A stretch of 63,792 bases of DNA, filler included, from Chiloscyllium plagiosum (taxonomy: Eukaryota), in NCBI RefSeq assembly GCF_004010195.1. It is 6 parts of one record of this genome, joined end to end, with 100 filler letters (N's around TTAATTAATTAA, not from the genome) between each part and the next. Parts side by side here need not be neighbours in the genome. Positions count along the whole stretch, not along the records: positions 60,648 to 63,792 come from NC_057711.1; 5 more parts are not named here. One strand, 5' to 3'. The notes under the pieces are model-generated. The model saw only the letters and a program-made list of their open reading frames with translations. It was not told the origin of the DNA and made no database searches. A program made the position numbers and the translations under genes. How positions within the stretch are numbered: the first letter of the stretch is position 1; each line of letters starts with the position of its first letter. Shown here piece by piece: positions 62,601 to 63,792 of this stretch.

Positions 62601-63217
62601 GAAGCCACTGCCCTAAAATTTAGGATAGAGCTAAAAAATGTTTTTTTGTCTGAGCATGTATGACTTGAAACTCTTTGAAATTGACAATTAACTGCCACTG
62701 CCAAGTAGCTTCCATTAACTAGGAGTTGTTGTTAACTTGCAATTTCCTTTGTCAGTTTTTAAGTTTTAAGTCCATTTCTAACTGTTAATCTATATTATGG
62801 CAGTGGAAATACTTATAGGAGAGATTCCACCTGCACTAAATTCCTAACTTGGCACGAGGTTCACAAAGACTCTGCTTCCCCACTTCATAATTATCTTTGT
62901 CTCCTATTCTTTTTAGCATTTTTGGTGTCCTGCATTGTGGATTCTAGCCTTTTACCTTGGATTGTCAAACTTAAATAGTGAAAATGTTAGGGTAGTTTTT
63001 CAACTTTGCATTCTGGTGAGGAATCTCAGCTGCCAAAAATGTATCAATAATTAGGATTTGTGCTTTACATTATTTTCAGAATGATATTAAAGTATCAGAA
63101 AACTGTGTGATATTTATGATTTTCAACAAAGGAGGCTTCCCACCCAACATGCAAATTCAGAAAGAACCTCTGTGAAACTATTCCATTTGCATTATGATAA
63201 ACTTTAAAACAAGAAAC

Positions 63218-63792
63218 GGGGGGATCCAAGATTGCGGCGACCCAGTAAGACTGAGTCTATAGTGCTCCTCCCAAGACTTGGGCACAGTGGGTCACCTACC
63301 CCCTACCAAGCTCACCAAATCATTTATAAATCATTTTTAATAGTTTAGTAACTCAATTAGCTGTGCAATATTATATTTAAGCAACTTTATCCTAAGTTAA
63401 AATGACTAAAGGGAAGGGAGCCCGCAGCTCTCAGCAAGCAGGAACCCCTCCCCCACACTCTCCAGCTGCAGCAGAGGCGTCCACAGCCGCCCCGGGGGAC
63501 TTACCTACAGTAGCAAGCCTTGCAGAAATGCTTTCCAAGCTGGACTCGAAGATCGATGCCTTTATCGCCGAATCCAGGAACCGTTGGGAGTCGCTGTCGG
63601 CCGCGCTGAAGAAGCACGACCGTGAAATTGAAGAAATTCAACGCCGAGTCGGAGGGGCGGAGCTAAAGGCCGCAACCTCGGAGACAACTGCTCAATCGGC
63701 CGTGGATCAGGTCCGGACCCTCGAGCAGCGAGCCCGGACCTTGGAAAATCATATTGACGACCTCGATAATCAAGGTCGCCGAAAAAATATTC
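63218..63792 (+). mobile_element. 5' end of an L1-clade LINE (5'UTR plus ORF1)
   Basis: G-run start after an A-rich TTAAAACAAGAAAC target, YY1-like CAAGATTGCGGCG, then ORF1. Confidence 0.8.
63402..63792 (+). CDS. L1 ORF1p N-terminus (partial, runs off the window)
   Basis: MTKGKGARSSQ...coiled coil...LENHIDDLDNQGRRKNI matches the L1 ORF1p DLENRSRRNN(I/L) signature; 130 codons with no stop. Confidence 0.85.
   Translation, partial: MTKGKGARSSQQAGTPPPHSPAAAEASTAAPGDLPTVASLAEMLSKLDSKIDAFIAESRNRWESLSAALKKHDREIEEIQRRVGGAELKAATSETTAQSAVDQVRTLEQRARTLENHIDDLDNQGRRKNI

Overview
Eukaryotic, repeat-dense vertebrate DNA whose repeat families (HER1/CR1 LINEs, HE1/V-type SINEs, Penelope-like elements, Tx1, Rex1/Babar, L1) point to a cartilaginous fish (inference). 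Five 100-nt gaps carry an artificial TTAATTAATTAA linker, so adjacency across them is not guaranteed. Four phase-compatible + strand exons (7412-8179, 12786-13276, 19095-19300, 26810-26995) encode about 550 aa ending in the first ankyrin repeat of an ANKRD31-like protein. Two signals stand out. (1) The 5' part of a young endogenous retrovirus on the - strand (27813-~30552) has a ~620-bp LTR, a tRNA-Trp PBS, a splice donor, a leader array of five 49-51-bp repeats and a Gag-like frame interrupted by a single UAG-G codon before a duplicated late-domain motif. (2) More than a dozen minimal hammerhead-ribozyme motifs from at least four Penelope-LTR families occur, many in short inverted cassettes, one with a 17-bp target-site duplication. 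Decayed Harbinger transposase and Myb/SANT fossils, a 31-bp minisatellite and the 5' end of an apparently young L1 are also present. TE boundaries are approximate and were assigned by eye; no database search was run.
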